From Syntrophobacterales bacterium (GTDB taxonomy: Bacteria > Desulfobacterota > Syntrophia > Syntrophales > CAMTWB01): 64,000 nucleotides of DNA. The translations under genes were made by a program, and so were the position numbers. The notes under the pieces are model-generated. The model had not been told where the DNA came from, did not search any database, and saw only the letters and a list, made by a program, of their open reading frames with translations. The stretch's first letter is position 1, and each line of letters opens with the position of its first letter. Below are positions 19,617-29,631 of the stretch, piece by piece. The DNA is taken from assembly GCA_037445955.1 (NCBI GenBank), contig JBBIJM010000004.1, positions 5,542-69,541 of the forward strand, in the 5' to 3' direction.

Positions 19617-21032
19617 ATGTCAAGGACCCTAACGGAGGCAGAGAGAAGCCTGGCCCGGGAGCTGCTTGCGCGGGCCAGAGAGGCCATGGCGGCCATCGAG
19701 CATTACGACCAGAAACAGGTGGACCGGCTCTGCCAGGCCATGGCCTGGCAGCTTTACAACGAACAAAATGCCGTCAGGCTGGTGAACATGGCGGTCGATG
19801 AAAGCGACCTGGGGGATCGGGTTCCGGCCAAAAGGTTCAAGGTCCTGGGGGTGCTCCGGGATGCCCTGAGGCTAAAGAGCATCGGGATCATCGAGGAGAT
19901 CCCCGAAAAGGGAATCGTAAAATACGCCAAACCGGCGGGGGTCATCTGCGCCTTGAGCCCTACGACCAATCCCCTGGTGACCCCGATGAGCGTGGGAATC
20001 TACGGGATCAAATGCAAAGACGCGGTCATTTTCAGCCCCCATCCCGCAAGCAGGAAGACCTCGACGGAAATCGTCCGCCTGATGCGGCTTGCCCTCGAGA
20101 AGGCCGGGGCGCCGGCGGACCTGCTCCAGTCGGTGGAGAAGCCGAGCATCCCCCTGGCCCAGGAGTTGATGACCCTCTGCGACCTCACCGTCGCCACCGG
20201 CGGCTCGGCGATGGTGAAATCCGCTTACAGCTCCGGAAAGCCGGCCTACGGCGTCGGGCCGGGGAACTCGACGATGGTGATCGACGAAACCGCCGACATC
20301 GAGGAGGCCGCCCGCAACACCCGGCTCAGCAAAACCAACGACAACGGCGCCGGCTGCTCCGCCGACGGGAACCTTGTCGTTCACGCCTCGATCTACGACC
20401 GGTTTCTTATCCAGTTGCAGAAGGAAGGCGGCTACCTCTGCACCGAAGGGGAAAAGGAGCTGGTCCGCCGGGTCTGGTGGGACGAGGAAGGCCACCGGAT
20501 CGTCAAGACCGTCGCCCGGCCGGCCTGGAAGGTGGCGGAGCTGGCGGGCTTCAAGCTCCCCGAAGGCAAGACCTTCCTCATCGTCAAGGAGGACAAGATC
20601 GGCCGGGAGCACCTCTTCTCCAGCGAAAAACTGGGCACGATGCTCGCGATTTTCAAGTACCAAGGCGAGTTCGAGGCCGCCTTGGATATGGTGCGGCGGC
20701 TCTACGAGGTGGGGGGCAAGGGTCATTCCTGCGGGATATATTCGTTCAACGACGATCATATCCACCGGCTCGCCCTGATGGCGCCGGTCAGCCGGATCAT
20801 GGTGAGACAGCCCCAATCGAAGGCCAATGCGGGCTCCTTCACTAACGGCATGCCGATGACGGCCAGTCTGGGCTGCGGCTACTGGGGAGGAAATATCACC
20901 AATGAAAACATCCACCTGAAGCATTATATGAACGTTACCTGGGTCAGCCGGCCGATCCCGGAGGACCGGCCGACGGAAGAGGAGCTGTTCGGCGAATTTT
21001 ACGGAAGCGAGATTTTCGAAGCGGGAGAATGA
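19617..21032 (+). CDS. CoA-acylating-type aldehyde dehydrogenase (EutE/PduP/SucD-like)
   Basis: ATG at 19617 follows CAGGAGG. It is ~470 aa with the ALDH fold and a candidate catalytic Cys in NDNGAGCSAD, resembling acylating ALDHs. Confidence 0.65.
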   Translation: MSRTLTEAERSLARELLARAREAMAAIEHYDQKQVDRLCQAMAWQLYNEQNAVRLVNMAVDESDLGDRVPAKRFKVLGVLRDALRLKSIGIIEEIPEKGIVKYAKPAGVICALSPTTNPLVTPMSVGIYGIKCKDAVIFSPHPASRKTSTEIVRLMRLALEKAGAPADLLQSVEKPSIPLAQELMTLCDLTVATGGSAMVKSAYSSGKPAYGVGPGNSTMVIDETADIEEAARNTRLSKTNDNGAGCSADGNLVVHASIYDRFLIQLQKEGGYLCTEGEKELVRRVWWDEEGHRIVKTVARPAWKVAELAGFKLPEGKTFLIVKEDKIGREHLFSSEKLGTMLAIFKYQGEFEAALDMVRRLYEVGGKGHSCGIYSFNDDHIHRLALMAPVSRIMVRQPQSKANAGSFTNGMPMTASLGCGYWGGNITNENIHLKHYMNVTWVSRPIPEDRPTEEELFGEFYGSEIFEAGE

Positions 21033-21093
21033 GGTCGTTTTATCTCCCTTTTTAGGTTCTAAAAGCGATTTACCCCACCAGGAGGGCTTGGCC

Positions 21094-23058
21094 ATGCTTA
21101 AATCTCGGGCAGATCGGGCGGTATTCATCGAGGAAGGGGCCGGCAAGAGGGTCCTCAGCGGGTTCTGGGATCTCCTGGTCAAGACGATCGCCCTGGCCAC
21201 CGCGATCTTCTACCTCTATACCGCCCTGGTCGGCCAGCTCGGGCCGGAATACCACCGGGGGATATTTGTTCTGGCCATCGTGGTGATGATCTTTCTGCTC
21301 TATCCGGCCACCTCCCGTTCCCCGAAAGACCGCCCCAGCCTTTTTGACATCCTTATGGTATTGCTAACCATCCTCTCGGTCGGCTACTGGATCTGGGAGT
21401 ACACCGACCTGGTCTATCGGGTGGGGGCCTACCTCCCCCGGGACTTCTGGTTCGGGGTGATCGGGCTTATCGTCTGCCTGGAGGCGGGGCGCCGGGTGAC
21501 GGGCTGGCTGATTCCCATCCTGGGGGGTCTCGCCCTGCTCTACGGCCTCTACGGCAATTATATCCCCGGGGTTTTCGGCCATCGCGGCTTTACCATCAAA
21601 CGTCTCGTCGAGTATATATACCTTACCTCGGAGGGCCTCTTCGGGGTGATGGCCAGCGTTTTACCTTCCTATGTCCTGCTGTTCCTCCTTTTGGGGGCGT
21701 TCCTCAAGGTCTCCGGGGTGGGGCAGTTCTTTATCGATGTCCCCATGTCCTTAGCCGGCCGTTCGACGGGAGGACCGGCGAAGGTGGCGGTGGTGGCCTC
21801 CGGTCTGTTCGGCTCGATCAACGGGAGCGTGCTGGCCAATACGGTAAGCACTGGATCGATCACGATCCCCCTGATGAAAAAGGTGGGCTACCGGCCCCAC
21901 GTGGCCGCCGCAGTGGAAACGGCCGCCTCGACCGGCGGGATGATCATGCCGCCGATCATGGGGGCCGGGGCCTTTCTCATGGTGGAGCTCACCGGCGTTC
22001 CCTACACCCAAATCGTCAAGGTTTCGTTCATCCCGGGGATCCTCTTCTTCCTGTCGATCTTTTTCATTGTCCATTTCGAGGCGAAACGCAGCAGGATCCC
22101 CGGCATCCCGAAGGCGGAAATCCCCGTATTTAAAGAGGTGATCCGCCGGGGCTGGTATCTCATCGCCCCCTTTGTGATCCTCGTGGTCCTGCTCTTTTCC
22201 GGTTTCTCCCCCAACTACTCCGCTTTCTGGACCATCGTCTCGGTGATTGTGGTGAGCTGGTTTCGCCCCGAGACCCGGATGGGCCTGCGGCAGGTGGCAA
22301 ACTCCCTCATCGACGGGATGATGTCCGCCCTCACCGTAGGCAGCCTGATGGGGGCCATCGGCATCTTTATCGGCATCGTGGTGATCACCGCGGCGGGCCT
22401 GAAATTCTCCAACGCTCTGATCGGCCTGTCCGGCGGCAACCTGTTTCTGGCGCTTGCACTGGTGGGACTTGCGGCTCTGGTACTGGGCATGGGAATGCCC
22501 ATCACCCCGGCCTACCTGCTGCTCGCCGTGCTCGCCGCCCCGGCCCTAAAAACGATGGGCGCCGATCTGCTGGCGGCCCACCTGGCCATCTTCTGGCTCA
22601 GCGCTACTTCCAATATAACCCCGCCGGTCTGTCTCGGGGCCTATTGCGCGGCAGGCATCGCCAACGCCAGCCCCTGGAAGACGGCGTTTACCGCCTTCAG
22701 GTTCGGGCTGATCCTCCTGCTCATGCCGTTTCTCTTCATCTTCGAAGACCACTTCCTCCTAACCGGCCTCTGGTACCAGAATCTCTGGGCGGTCGTCTTC
22801 ACCACCCTGGGGGTCATCGGCTACTCCGCCTGGACGATGCGTTACGCCTTCACCGAGACGACGATTCCCGAATTTTGCCTGCTTTTCGCCGTCTGGATCG
22901 CCCTGCTCTGGCCTATGTGGCAGGTGGAAGCTATCGGCCTGGTTTTGGGGGCGCTTTTCATAATTTTGCATTGGCTCAGATACCGGAATCTCCGAAGGCC
23001 ACCCGAGTTCGAAAGCGGGCCTCGGGAAAAGCCCCTGGGACCTGGAAAGGGTGCCTAG
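21094..23058 (+). CDS. TRAP transporter fused permease (TAXI-type 4TM/12TM fusion)
   Basis: A ~650-aa polytopic membrane protein with many hydrophobic helices. It is followed by a TAXI receptor gene. ATG at 21094 lies 7 nt after CAGGAGGG. Confidence 0.75.
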   Translation: MLKSRADRAVFIEEGAGKRVLSGFWDLLVKTIALATAIFYLYTALVGQLGPEYHRGIFVLAIVVMIFLLYPATSRSPKDRPSLFDILMVLLTILSVGYWIWEYTDLVYRVGAYLPRDFWFGVIGLIVCLEAGRRVTGWLIPILGGLALLYGLYGNYIPGVFGHRGFTIKRLVEYIYLTSEGLFGVMASVLPSYVLLFLLLGAFLKVSGVGQFFIDVPMSLAGRSTGGPAKVAVVASGLFGSINGSVLANTVSTGSITIPLMKKVGYRPHVAAAVETAASTGGMIMPPIMGAGAFLMVELTGVPYTQIVKVSFIPGILFFLSIFFIVHFEAKRSRIPGIPKAEIPVFKEVIRRGWYLIAPFVILVVLLFSGFSPNYSAFWTIVSVIVVSWFRPETRMGLRQVANSLIDGMMSALTVGSLMGAIGIFIGIVVITAAGLKFSNALIGLSGGNLFLALALVGLAALVLGMGMPITPAYLLLAVLAAPALKTMGADLLAAHLAIFWLSATSNITPPVCLGAYCAAGIANASPWKTAFTAFRFGLILLLMPFLFIFEDHFLLTGLWYQNLWAVVFTTLGVIGYSAWTMRYAFTETTIPEFCLLFAVWIALLWPMWQVEAIGLVLGALFIILHWLRYRNLRRPPEFESGPREKPLGPGKGA

Positions 23059-23117
23059 AAGATCGCCGGATCTGGAAATGACAACCTAAACCTTATAAGG
23101 AAAGGGAGGTTCTGACG

Positions 23118-24140
23118 ATGAAAGCAAAAGGGATAAGCAAAGACGCAAAAATGAACGCACTTGCCCGGGGAATAGGACTTTTTACCGCAATCCTCTTTAT
23201 CGGCGTCGCCTCTTACGGCCACGCCCAGACAGATCCCGCGAGAAAGGCCCTTTCTTTCTCCGGAGGCTCGCCCGGGGGCAATTACAATCTGGTGACCACG
23301 GCCCTGTCGCCCCTGCTTGCGGCAGGCCCCTCAAAAATCCGGGTCTTCCCCGAGGGGAGCACGGGGTCGCCGGAAAACATCCGCCGGATCCACTCGGGGG
23401 AGGCGGATCTGGGGCTGGCCTTCGCCTCGGACCTTACCGAGGCCTGGATGGGCGAGGGTCGGTTTAAGACCCCCCTCAAGAATCTCCGGGCCCTGGCCTT
23501 TGTCGATGCCAACATCGCCCATCTGGTCGTCCTGGCAAAAAGCGGAATCACCCGGATCGAGGATATCTACGACAAGAAGGTCGCCCTGGGGCCGCAGGGC
23601 TCCGGATCGTCGATGAACATTGAGCGGCTCCTCCGCCACCTGGGTGCCTGGGAGCAGGTGCGGCGAAACGCCGTGTACACCGGGGCGATGGACGCCTCCC
23701 AGGGCTTGAAGGACGGGCATATCGCCGCTTACAACTGGCACGTGAACATCGGGAACGCCACCTACCACGATACCGCCTCTTCCCACGACATCCGGATCAT
23801 CGATCTCGATGCGCCCGCCCGGGCCTCGGGATTCTACAAAAAATATCCCTTCTACACCCCCTTCACGATCCCCGGCGGGATCTACCGGAGCGTTGATCAG
23901 CCCGTCAGAACCTGGGCGACCCCGACCTTCTGGATCGTCAGGGATACGTTTCCCGAGGATTTGGCTTACGAACTTGTGAAGGTCGCCTTTTCCGACGACT
24001 CGATCCGCAAGATGCACGAGGCGGTGGGCCTGACGGCCAGACTGAACTACGGCCGGGATAAGGCCCTGCAGGGCATTCCGATTCCTCTTCACCCGGGCGC
24101 CGTCCGGTACTGGAAGGAGATGGGATATCCGGTGCCGTAA
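23118..24140 (+). CDS. TAXI-family TRAP solute-binding protein
   Basis: It has a signal peptide (LFTAILFIGVASYGHA) and the GGSPGGNY motif typical of the TAXI/immunogenic-protein family. Length is 340 aa. Confidence 0.75.
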   Translation: MKAKGISKDAKMNALARGIGLFTAILFIGVASYGHAQTDPARKALSFSGGSPGGNYNLVTTALSPLLAAGPSKIRVFPEGSTGSPENIRRIHSGEADLGLAFASDLTEAWMGEGRFKTPLKNLRALAFVDANIAHLVVLAKSGITRIEDIYDKKVALGPQGSGSSMNIERLLRHLGAWEQVRRNAVYTGAMDASQGLKDGHIAAYNWHVNIGNATYHDTASSHDIRIIDLDAPARASGFYKKYPFYTPFTIPGGIYRSVDQPVRTWATPTFWIVRDTFPEDLAYELVKVAFSDDSIRKMHEAVGLTARLNYGRDKALQGIPIPLHPGAVRYWKEMGYPVP

Positions 24141-24217
24141 GGTCTGCCCTTCGGGACACCGGGTTCAGGAGCCCCCCCGGGGAGGGACAGGGGGTTGCCA
24201 GTCGAAAGGAACAGTCG

Positions 24218-25366
24218 ATGAGGCTGCTTGAATATCAGGGGAAGGAACTCTTCCGGCGCTACGGCATCGCCATCCCGAGAGGCAGGCTTATCGAGGAGAA
24301 AAGGGAGATCGGCCGGATCTTCAGGGACTTGGACCAAGGCAGAGGGGTCGTCCTCAAAAGTCAGGTTCTCACCGGAAAAAGGGGACAAAATGGAGGGATC
24401 CTGTTTGCCGAAACCCCAGGCCGGTGCGCATTTCTTTACGACGAACTGATCAACCTGACAATTTCCGGCCAGCCCGTAAGGAAGATCCTGATGGAGGAGC
24501 GGATCGAGGGCGACCGGGAATTCTATCTCGGCATCACCGTGGATGCTGAAGCACGCGGGCCTCTGGTTATGATCTCCCCCTGCGGGGGCGGCAGGCTGGA
24601 GGATCAAGCCCGATTGAGGCCGGATTCGCTAGTCCGAATCCCCATCGACATAAATTACGGCCTGCTTGACTATCAGGCCCGGGAGGCCCTGTTTCGCCTG
24701 GCCCTGCCGCAAGAACTTATCCCCTCCCTTACCGAACGGATGAGGCAACTCTATCGTCTCTTTAGGGAAACAGACGCCGTGACCGCCGAGATCAACCCGC
24801 TTATCTACGCCTCCGGAAGGGGATTCGTCGCTTTAGATGCCCGGGTGGAAATCGACGACTCGGCCCTGTACCGGCAGACGGATATCCTGGAGATGAAATC
24901 CTGCCACGAACCCCAGATTGAAAACGTCCTGCGAGACGATTACCGGCTGGAATACGTCGAGCTCGACGGGAACATCGGGGTGATCAGCGGCGGGGCCGGT
25001 TTGACCATGGCCGCGATGGACTGCCTTGCCCTGGCCGGGGGGAGGCCGGCCTGTTTCCTCGATTGCAGCGCCAATGTAAGCGCCACGGGCTACGAAATGG
25101 CCTTGAGAACCCTCAATACGAGAAAGGCCGTCGATTGCATTCTGGTGAATTTTTTCGGGGGCATAACCAGAATGGACCGGGTCGGCCAATTTATTCTCGA
25201 GGCCCTGGAAAGGATCGGAGGTCTCGACAAGCCGCTTATCATCAGGCTCGAGGGCACCGACGCGCCAAAGGGACGGGCGATCATCGGCGAGGCCGGCCTT
25301 GCGCAATGCGATACCTTCGAGGAGGCGATTGAAACAGTCCTGGCCCTGGCAGGGAAAGACCGATGA
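24218..25366 (+). CDS. SucC-like ATP-grasp beta subunit of an ADP-forming acyl-CoA synthetase
   Basis: MRLLEYQGKELFRRYGI resembles SucC MNLHEYQAKQLFARYGL, and there are INPL and GNIGVISGGAGL segments. It is clearly more divergent from E. coli SucC than its partner is from SucD. Confidence 0.75.
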   Translation: MRLLEYQGKELFRRYGIAIPRGRLIEEKREIGRIFRDLDQGRGVVLKSQVLTGKRGQNGGILFAETPGRCAFLYDELINLTISGQPVRKILMEERIEGDREFYLGITVDAEARGPLVMISPCGGGRLEDQARLRPDSLVRIPIDINYGLLDYQAREALFRLALPQELIPSLTERMRQLYRLFRETDAVTAEINPLIYASGRGFVALDARVEIDDSALYRQTDILEMKSCHEPQIENVLRDDYRLEYVELDGNIGVISGGAGLTMAAMDCLALAGGRPACFLDCSANVSATGYEMALRTLNTRKAVDCILVNFFGGITRMDRVGQFILEALERIGGLDKPLIIRLEGTDAPKGRAIIGEAGLAQCDTFEEAIETVLALAGKDR

Positions 25367-26244
25367 GCATCCTGATCGACAGCTTAAGCCGGGTGCTCGT
25401 CCAGGGAATTACCGGCCGGACCGGAAGTTTTTTTTCCCGGGATATGCTGGGCTACGGGACAAGGATCATAGCCGGCGTGACCCCGGGCAAGGGGGGCGCA
25501 AGGATAGAGAACGTACCTGTCTTCAATTCGGTGAGCGAGGCCCTGGCGGAGGCGGAGGCCGACGTGTCGGCGCTGTTCGTCCCCGGGGCGGCCGCCAGAG
25601 ACTCCATATTCGAGGCCATCGCCTGCGGGATCAAGCTGATCGTCTATCCGGGCGAGAATATGCCTATCCACGACATGATGGATGTAACGCGTAAACTGAA
25701 GGAGAGCTCTTGCCGGATGATCGGCCCCAACACCCCGGGGATCATCTCTCCCGGCGAGGCAAAGATCGGCTTTATGCCCTCTTGCTGTTATCGCAAGGGG
25801 AATGTCGGGGTCGTTTCCCGCAGCGGTTCCCTCTCCTACGAGATTACCTCCGGCCTCACCCGGGCCGGAATCGGCCAGTCGACGGCTGTGGGTATAGGGG
25901 GAGATCCGGTAAAGGGAATGGGCTTCGTCGAGGTGTTGGCGCTTTTCGAAGAGGATCGGGGGACTCAGGCGGTCGTCCTGATAGGGGAGATCGGGGGAGG
26001 CGAGGAGGAGGAGGCGGCGGCGTTCATCGCCCGGGGAATGAAAAAGCCGGTCATTGCCTTTATAGCGGGGCGGTATTCGCCGGCAAACAAGAAGATGGGC
26101 CATGCGGGAGCGATCATAAGCGACGGCCGAGGCACCTACGAAGCCAAGATTGAGGCCCTGAAAGGGGCGGGGGTAAGGATCGCCCAGCGGCCCTTCGAAA
26201 TCCCCGCTCTAGTGAAGGAGGCGCTGGCCCTGCCCTCAAGGTAA
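25363..26244 (+). CDS. SucD-like CoA-binding alpha subunit of an ADP-forming acyl-CoA synthetase
   Basis: MSILID...[18 protein letters not shown] and the phosphohistidine context MGHAGAIIS closely resemble SucD. It shares an ATGA overlap with the beta gene. Confidence 0.85.
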   Translation: MSILIDSLSRVLVQGITGRTGSFFSRDMLGYGTRIIAGVTPGKGGARIENVPVFNSVSEALAEAEADVSALFVPGAAARDSIFEAIACGIKLIVYPGENMPIHDMMDVTRKLKESSCRMIGPNTPGIISPGEAKIGFMPSCCYRKGNVGVVSRSGSLSYEITSGLTRAGIGQSTAVGIGGDPVKGMGFVEVLALFEEDRGTQAVVLIGEIGGGEEEEAAAFIARGMKKPVIAFIAGRYSPANKKMGHAGAIISDGRGTYEAKIEALKGAGVRIAQRPFEIPALVKEALALPSR

Positions 26245-26304
26245 GCCAAGGGGAAACGCAAGGGGAAATTATCGGGAAGAAAGAAGATGACCAAAGGAGA
26301 GGGA

Positions 26305-27108
26305 ATGGAAAAAGTCTTGGTAAACGGCGTCGAGCTGGCCTACCGCCTCGACGGTCAACCGGCGGGAAGGGTGGTCATGCTGAGCAACAGTCTGATGACC
26401 GATCACACCATGTGGGACATTAATCTGCCCGCCCTCACCGACCGCTATCGGGTGCTCCGTTACGACACCCGGGGTCACGGCCGGTCGGGTCTGACCCCCG
26501 GGCCCTATACCCTGGAACTTCTGGCGGAGGATGCCATCGGCCTGCTCGATTCTCTGGGCATTGCCAAGGTCCATTTTGTCGGGTTATCGGTGGGCGGGAT
26601 GATCGGCCAGCAGATCGGCGCCCGGTTTCCCCAGCGGGTGCATTCCCTGGCCCTCTGCGATACGGCAAGCGAATGGCGGGTACGGACCGTCTGGGACGAG
26701 CGCTTCGCCATCGTGGCGGCCAAAGGGATAGCGGGCCTGGTGGATTCGACCATCACCCGCTGGTTTACCGCGGAGTTTATCGCCGCGAACCCGGAAACGA
26801 TAGACAGGATCAGACGGATGATCGCCCGGACCAGTCAAGATGGTTATCTGGCCTGCGGCGCCGCCATCCGGGAACTGGCCCAGACCACGATGCTCCTTCA
26901 GATCAAGGCCCCCACCCTGGTACTGGCAGGGCAGCAGGATCCCGCCTGCACCGTCGAAAACGCCACGGTGATCCATCGGCTGATTGCGGGCTCCAAGCTC
27001 GTGATCATCGAAGACGCGGCCCACCTCTCCAATGTCGAGCAGCCCCGGGCCTTTAACGCCGCTCTGCGCAATTTCTTAGACGAGGCAGATAAGGACGTGG
27101 GGGGATAA
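26305..27108 (+). CDS. alpha/beta-fold hydrolase (3-oxoadipate enol-lactonase-like)
   Basis: The nucleophile elbow is GLSVGG and the layout resembles the PcaD family. ATG at 26305 follows AAAGGAGAGGG; an alternative ATG lies at 26287. Confidence 0.65.
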   Translation: MEKVLVNGVELAYRLDGQPAGRVVMLSNSLMTDHTMWDINLPALTDRYRVLRYDTRGHGRSGLTPGPYTLELLAEDAIGLLDSLGIAKVHFVGLSVGGMIGQQIGARFPQRVHSLALCDTASEWRVRTVWDERFAIVAAKGIAGLVDSTITRWFTAEFIAANPETIDRIRRMIARTSQDGYLACGAAIRELAQTTMLLQIKAPTLVLAGQQDPACTVENATVIHRLIAGSKLVIIEDAAHLSNVEQPRAFNAALRNFLDEADKDVGG

Positions 27109-27149
27109 CAATCTGAGGGCTTTGAAGAAGTATCCGAAGGAGGCAGACG

Positions 27150-27659
27150 ATGGCAGGCATACCGGCCTGGCAGATGAAGATGACGGCACCCCTTGAGGTG
27201 GGAATCTCGACGGAAAACATCGAGGTCATGCTCGATTTTTACATAGAAACCGTCGGTTTGAGGCCCGTTGCCGACAATATCGTTCCGCCGGAGATGAGCC
27301 GGCTCACCGGGGCGACAGACGACGGGTACCGCATCGTCCGCCTCCAGACCCCCTACGGCGAGCGGATCAAACTCGTCCAGACCGGCCGTCCCCCGAAAAG
27401 GGCCAAAAGGATGCCCGGGGTATTTAACCGGCACGGCCTGGCTTACCTGACCTTCATGATCGCCGATTTGGACGGGATGATCGGGCGGCTCTCAGACCGG
27501 GGGATAGAGATCCTCGGAAACGGCAGAAAGATCGAGGTCAGGCCGGGACTGTTTGCCGTATTCACCCGGGACCCGGAAGGCAACGTGGTTGAGTTTGTCG
27601 AGTATCCGGATATCGCCTCGTACCGCCCCGACCTCTACCGGTGGCGGCAATTCTTCTAG
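27150..27659 (+). CDS. VOC (glyoxalase/bleomycin-resistance/dioxygenase) family protein
   Basis: 169 aa with the paired beta-alpha-beta-beta-beta pattern (FYIETVGL ... DPEGNVVEFVE). A strong RBS (AAGGAGG) is present. Confidence 0.55.
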   Translation: MAGIPAWQMKMTAPLEVGISTENIEVMLDFYIETVGLRPVADNIVPPEMSRLTGATDDGYRIVRLQTPYGERIKLVQTGRPPKRAKRMPGVFNRHGLAYLTFMIADLDGMIGRLSDRGIEILGNGRKIEVRPGLFAVFTRDPEGNVVEFVEYPDIASYRPDLYRWRQFF

Positions 27660-27739
27660 AGAGGCAAGGGTCAGCCCCTTGACCTGAGGCCTGCTTGTCG
27701 CCCGGGCCGGGGGCGGCAGACTCGAGGGAGAAATCCCGG

Positions 27740-28537
27740 TCAAGGGCCTGCCAGGCCCCGCGTCCGCCCCATAAGGGCCCGGAGGCGGTCGGGGTGATTG
27801 GTGATGATTCCGGAGACGCCCCGGGCGAGAAACCAGCTCATCTCGGCCTCGTCGTTGACCGTCCAGACGTTCAAGATGAACCCCCGCCGTCCTGCCTCCT
27901 CAATGGTCTCGGCGGACAGGGTGCCTCTCCCGCAGTTCAAAACCGGGTAGAGGCCGGAGAGAGCCTCCTCCGATTCAGGCCAGGGACTGTTCAGAAGGAG
28001 GGCCACCTCCGCCCGGCCGTTCTCCTGCTTGATCCGCTTGAGGGCCGGGGGATAGAAGGAAGAGAAGAGCACACCGTTTAACATGCCCGCCTCTTGAACC
28101 TTGGCCAGGGTCCGGCAGGCGAGATCGTCCATGGTATAGGAGCCAAGATAACCGAGCTTGATTTCGATGTTGACAAGGATCTTTCCCTTGCAGAAGGCCA
28201 GGACCTCCTCCAGGGCGGGGATCTTCTCGCCGGCAAACTCCCTGCCGAACCAGCCGCCGGCGTCAAAGCCGCGGAGAGCCGCCAGAGGGTAGTCCGCAAC
28301 GAGGCCGGAGCCGCTGGTGGTGCGCTCCAGGGTATCGTCATGGATAACCGCCACCTCCCCGTCGGCGCTCAAGTGAACGTCAAGCTCGATCATATCCGCC
28401 CCGCAGGCAACCGCTCCGGCAAAGGCGGCCAGGGTATTTTCCGGGGCGGCGCCGGAGAAACCACGATGGGCAATGACCAGCGTCGGTAATCCCCCGGGAT
28501 CCCTGCCGGCCCGACTTAATATCTGCAGTACGGACAT
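27740..28537 (-). CDS. ugpQ: glycerophosphodiester phosphodiesterase
   Basis: VIAHRGFSGAAPENTLAAF and ELDVHLSADGEVAVIHD are canonical GDPD motifs. The gene follows ugpC as in E. coli ugpBAECQ. Confidence 0.8.
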   Translation of the reverse strand: MSVLQILSRAGRDPGGLPTLVIAHRGFSGAAPENTLAAFAGAVACGADMIELDVHLSADGEVAVIHDDTLERTTSGSGLVADYPLAALRGFDAGGWFGREFAGEKIPALEEVLAFCKGKILVNIEIKLGYLGSYTMDDLACRTLAKVQEAGMLNGVLFSSFYPPALKRIKQENGRAEVALLLNSPWPESEEALSGLYPVLNCGRGTLSAETIEEAGRRGFILNVWTVNDEAEMSWFLARGVSGIITNHPDRLRALMGRTRGLAGP

Positions 28538-28541
28538 TGCC

Positions 28542-29618
28542 TCAATTCATCCTCTTGCCTGTCGCCTCATCAAAGAGATGGACCTGATTTTCCTTGATGT
28601 TCAGGGCAAGCCGCTCCCCCGGGGTTATTTTCAGCCCCCCGGCCAGCCTCACGGTAAAGGGAACCCCCGGGGCCAGCGTTCCGTGGACGAGGGTATCGGC
28701 CCCGAGGACCTCGACCATCTCAACGGCCAGTGACAAATCCCCCCGGCCCTGGGCGAGGCTTGCATGTTCCGGGCGCACCCCCGCCATCATCTCCCGACCC
28801 GCCGCCGCAGGCACCGGGGCGGCCAGCGGGTACCAGGACCCCCCGGGCAGGGCCACCGCATCTCCCGCGGGAGACACCGTCGACTTAAGGATATTCATCG
28901 CCGGGGAACCGATAAAACCGGCGACAAACTGGGTGGCGGGACGGTTATAGACCTCAAGAGGCGTCGCCACCTGATCGAAACGACCGGCGTTCATCACGAC
29001 GAGCCGGTCCGCCAGGGTCATCGCCTCGACCTGGTCATGGGTGACATAGATGCTGGTGGTTCTTACAGACTGATGGAGCTTCTTGATCTCCAGGCGCATC
29101 TGCACCCGGAGCTTCGCATCAAGGTTCGATAAGGGCTCGTCAAAGAGGAACGCCGCCGGCTCCCGGACGATCGCCCTTCCCATGGCCACCCGCTGTCTCT
29201 GGCCCCCGGAGAGCTGCTGGGGTTTCCGGTGCATGAGTCCGTTTAGCCCCAGGATGTCCGCCGCCTTCTTGACCTGGACGGCAATCTCCTCCTTCGGTAC
29301 CCCCCGCACCTTGAGACCGTAGGCCATATTCTCCCAGACCGTCATATGGGGATAGAGGGCGTAATTCTGAAAGACCATGGCGATGTTCCGATCCTTCGGC
29401 TCTATCTGATTGACCAGCTTCCCGCCGATGAAGATCTGCCCCTCGGTAGCCGTTTCGAGCCCGGCGATGATCCTAAGCAGGGTGGATTTTCCGCAGCCTG
29501 AAGGCCCCAAAATCACGATGAACTCCCCTTCCAATATCTCGCAGCTCACCCCTTCTATAACCCGGACCTTGCCGAAATTTTTCCTGATTTCCGCAAGACG
29601 CAGCGCAACATTTCCCAT
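28542..29618 (-). CDS. ugpC: sn-glycerol-3-phosphate ABC transporter ATP-binding protein
   Basis: Walker [10 protein letters not shown], signature LSGGQRQRV, Walker B FLFDEP and a MalK-type C-terminal domain. ATG at 29618 follows AAGGAG. Confidence 0.85.
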   Translation of the reverse strand: MGNVALRLAEIRKNFGKVRVIEGVSCEILEGEFIVILGPSGCGKSTLLRIIAGLETATEGQIFIGGKLVNQIEPKDRNIAMVFQNYALYPHMTVWENMAYGLKVRGVPKEEIAVQVKKAADILGLNGLMHRKPQQLSGGQRQRVAMGRAIVREPAAFLFDEPLSNLDAKLRVQMRLEIKKLHQSVRTTSIYVTHDQVEAMTLADRLVVMNAGRFDQVATPLEVYNRPATQFVAGFIGSPAMNILKSTVSPAGDAVALPGGSWYPLAAPVPAAAGREMMAGVRPEHASLAQGRGDLSLAVEMVEVLGADTLVHGTLAPGVPFTVRLAGGLKITPGERLALNIKENQVHLFDEATGKRMN

Positions 29619-29631
29619 TAATTGTGCTCCT

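Noticed and set aside
19872-21200. 442-aa ORF antisense to the aldehyde dehydrogenase gene
   Set aside because: It has shadow-frame composition, spans a gene boundary, and has no family motifs.
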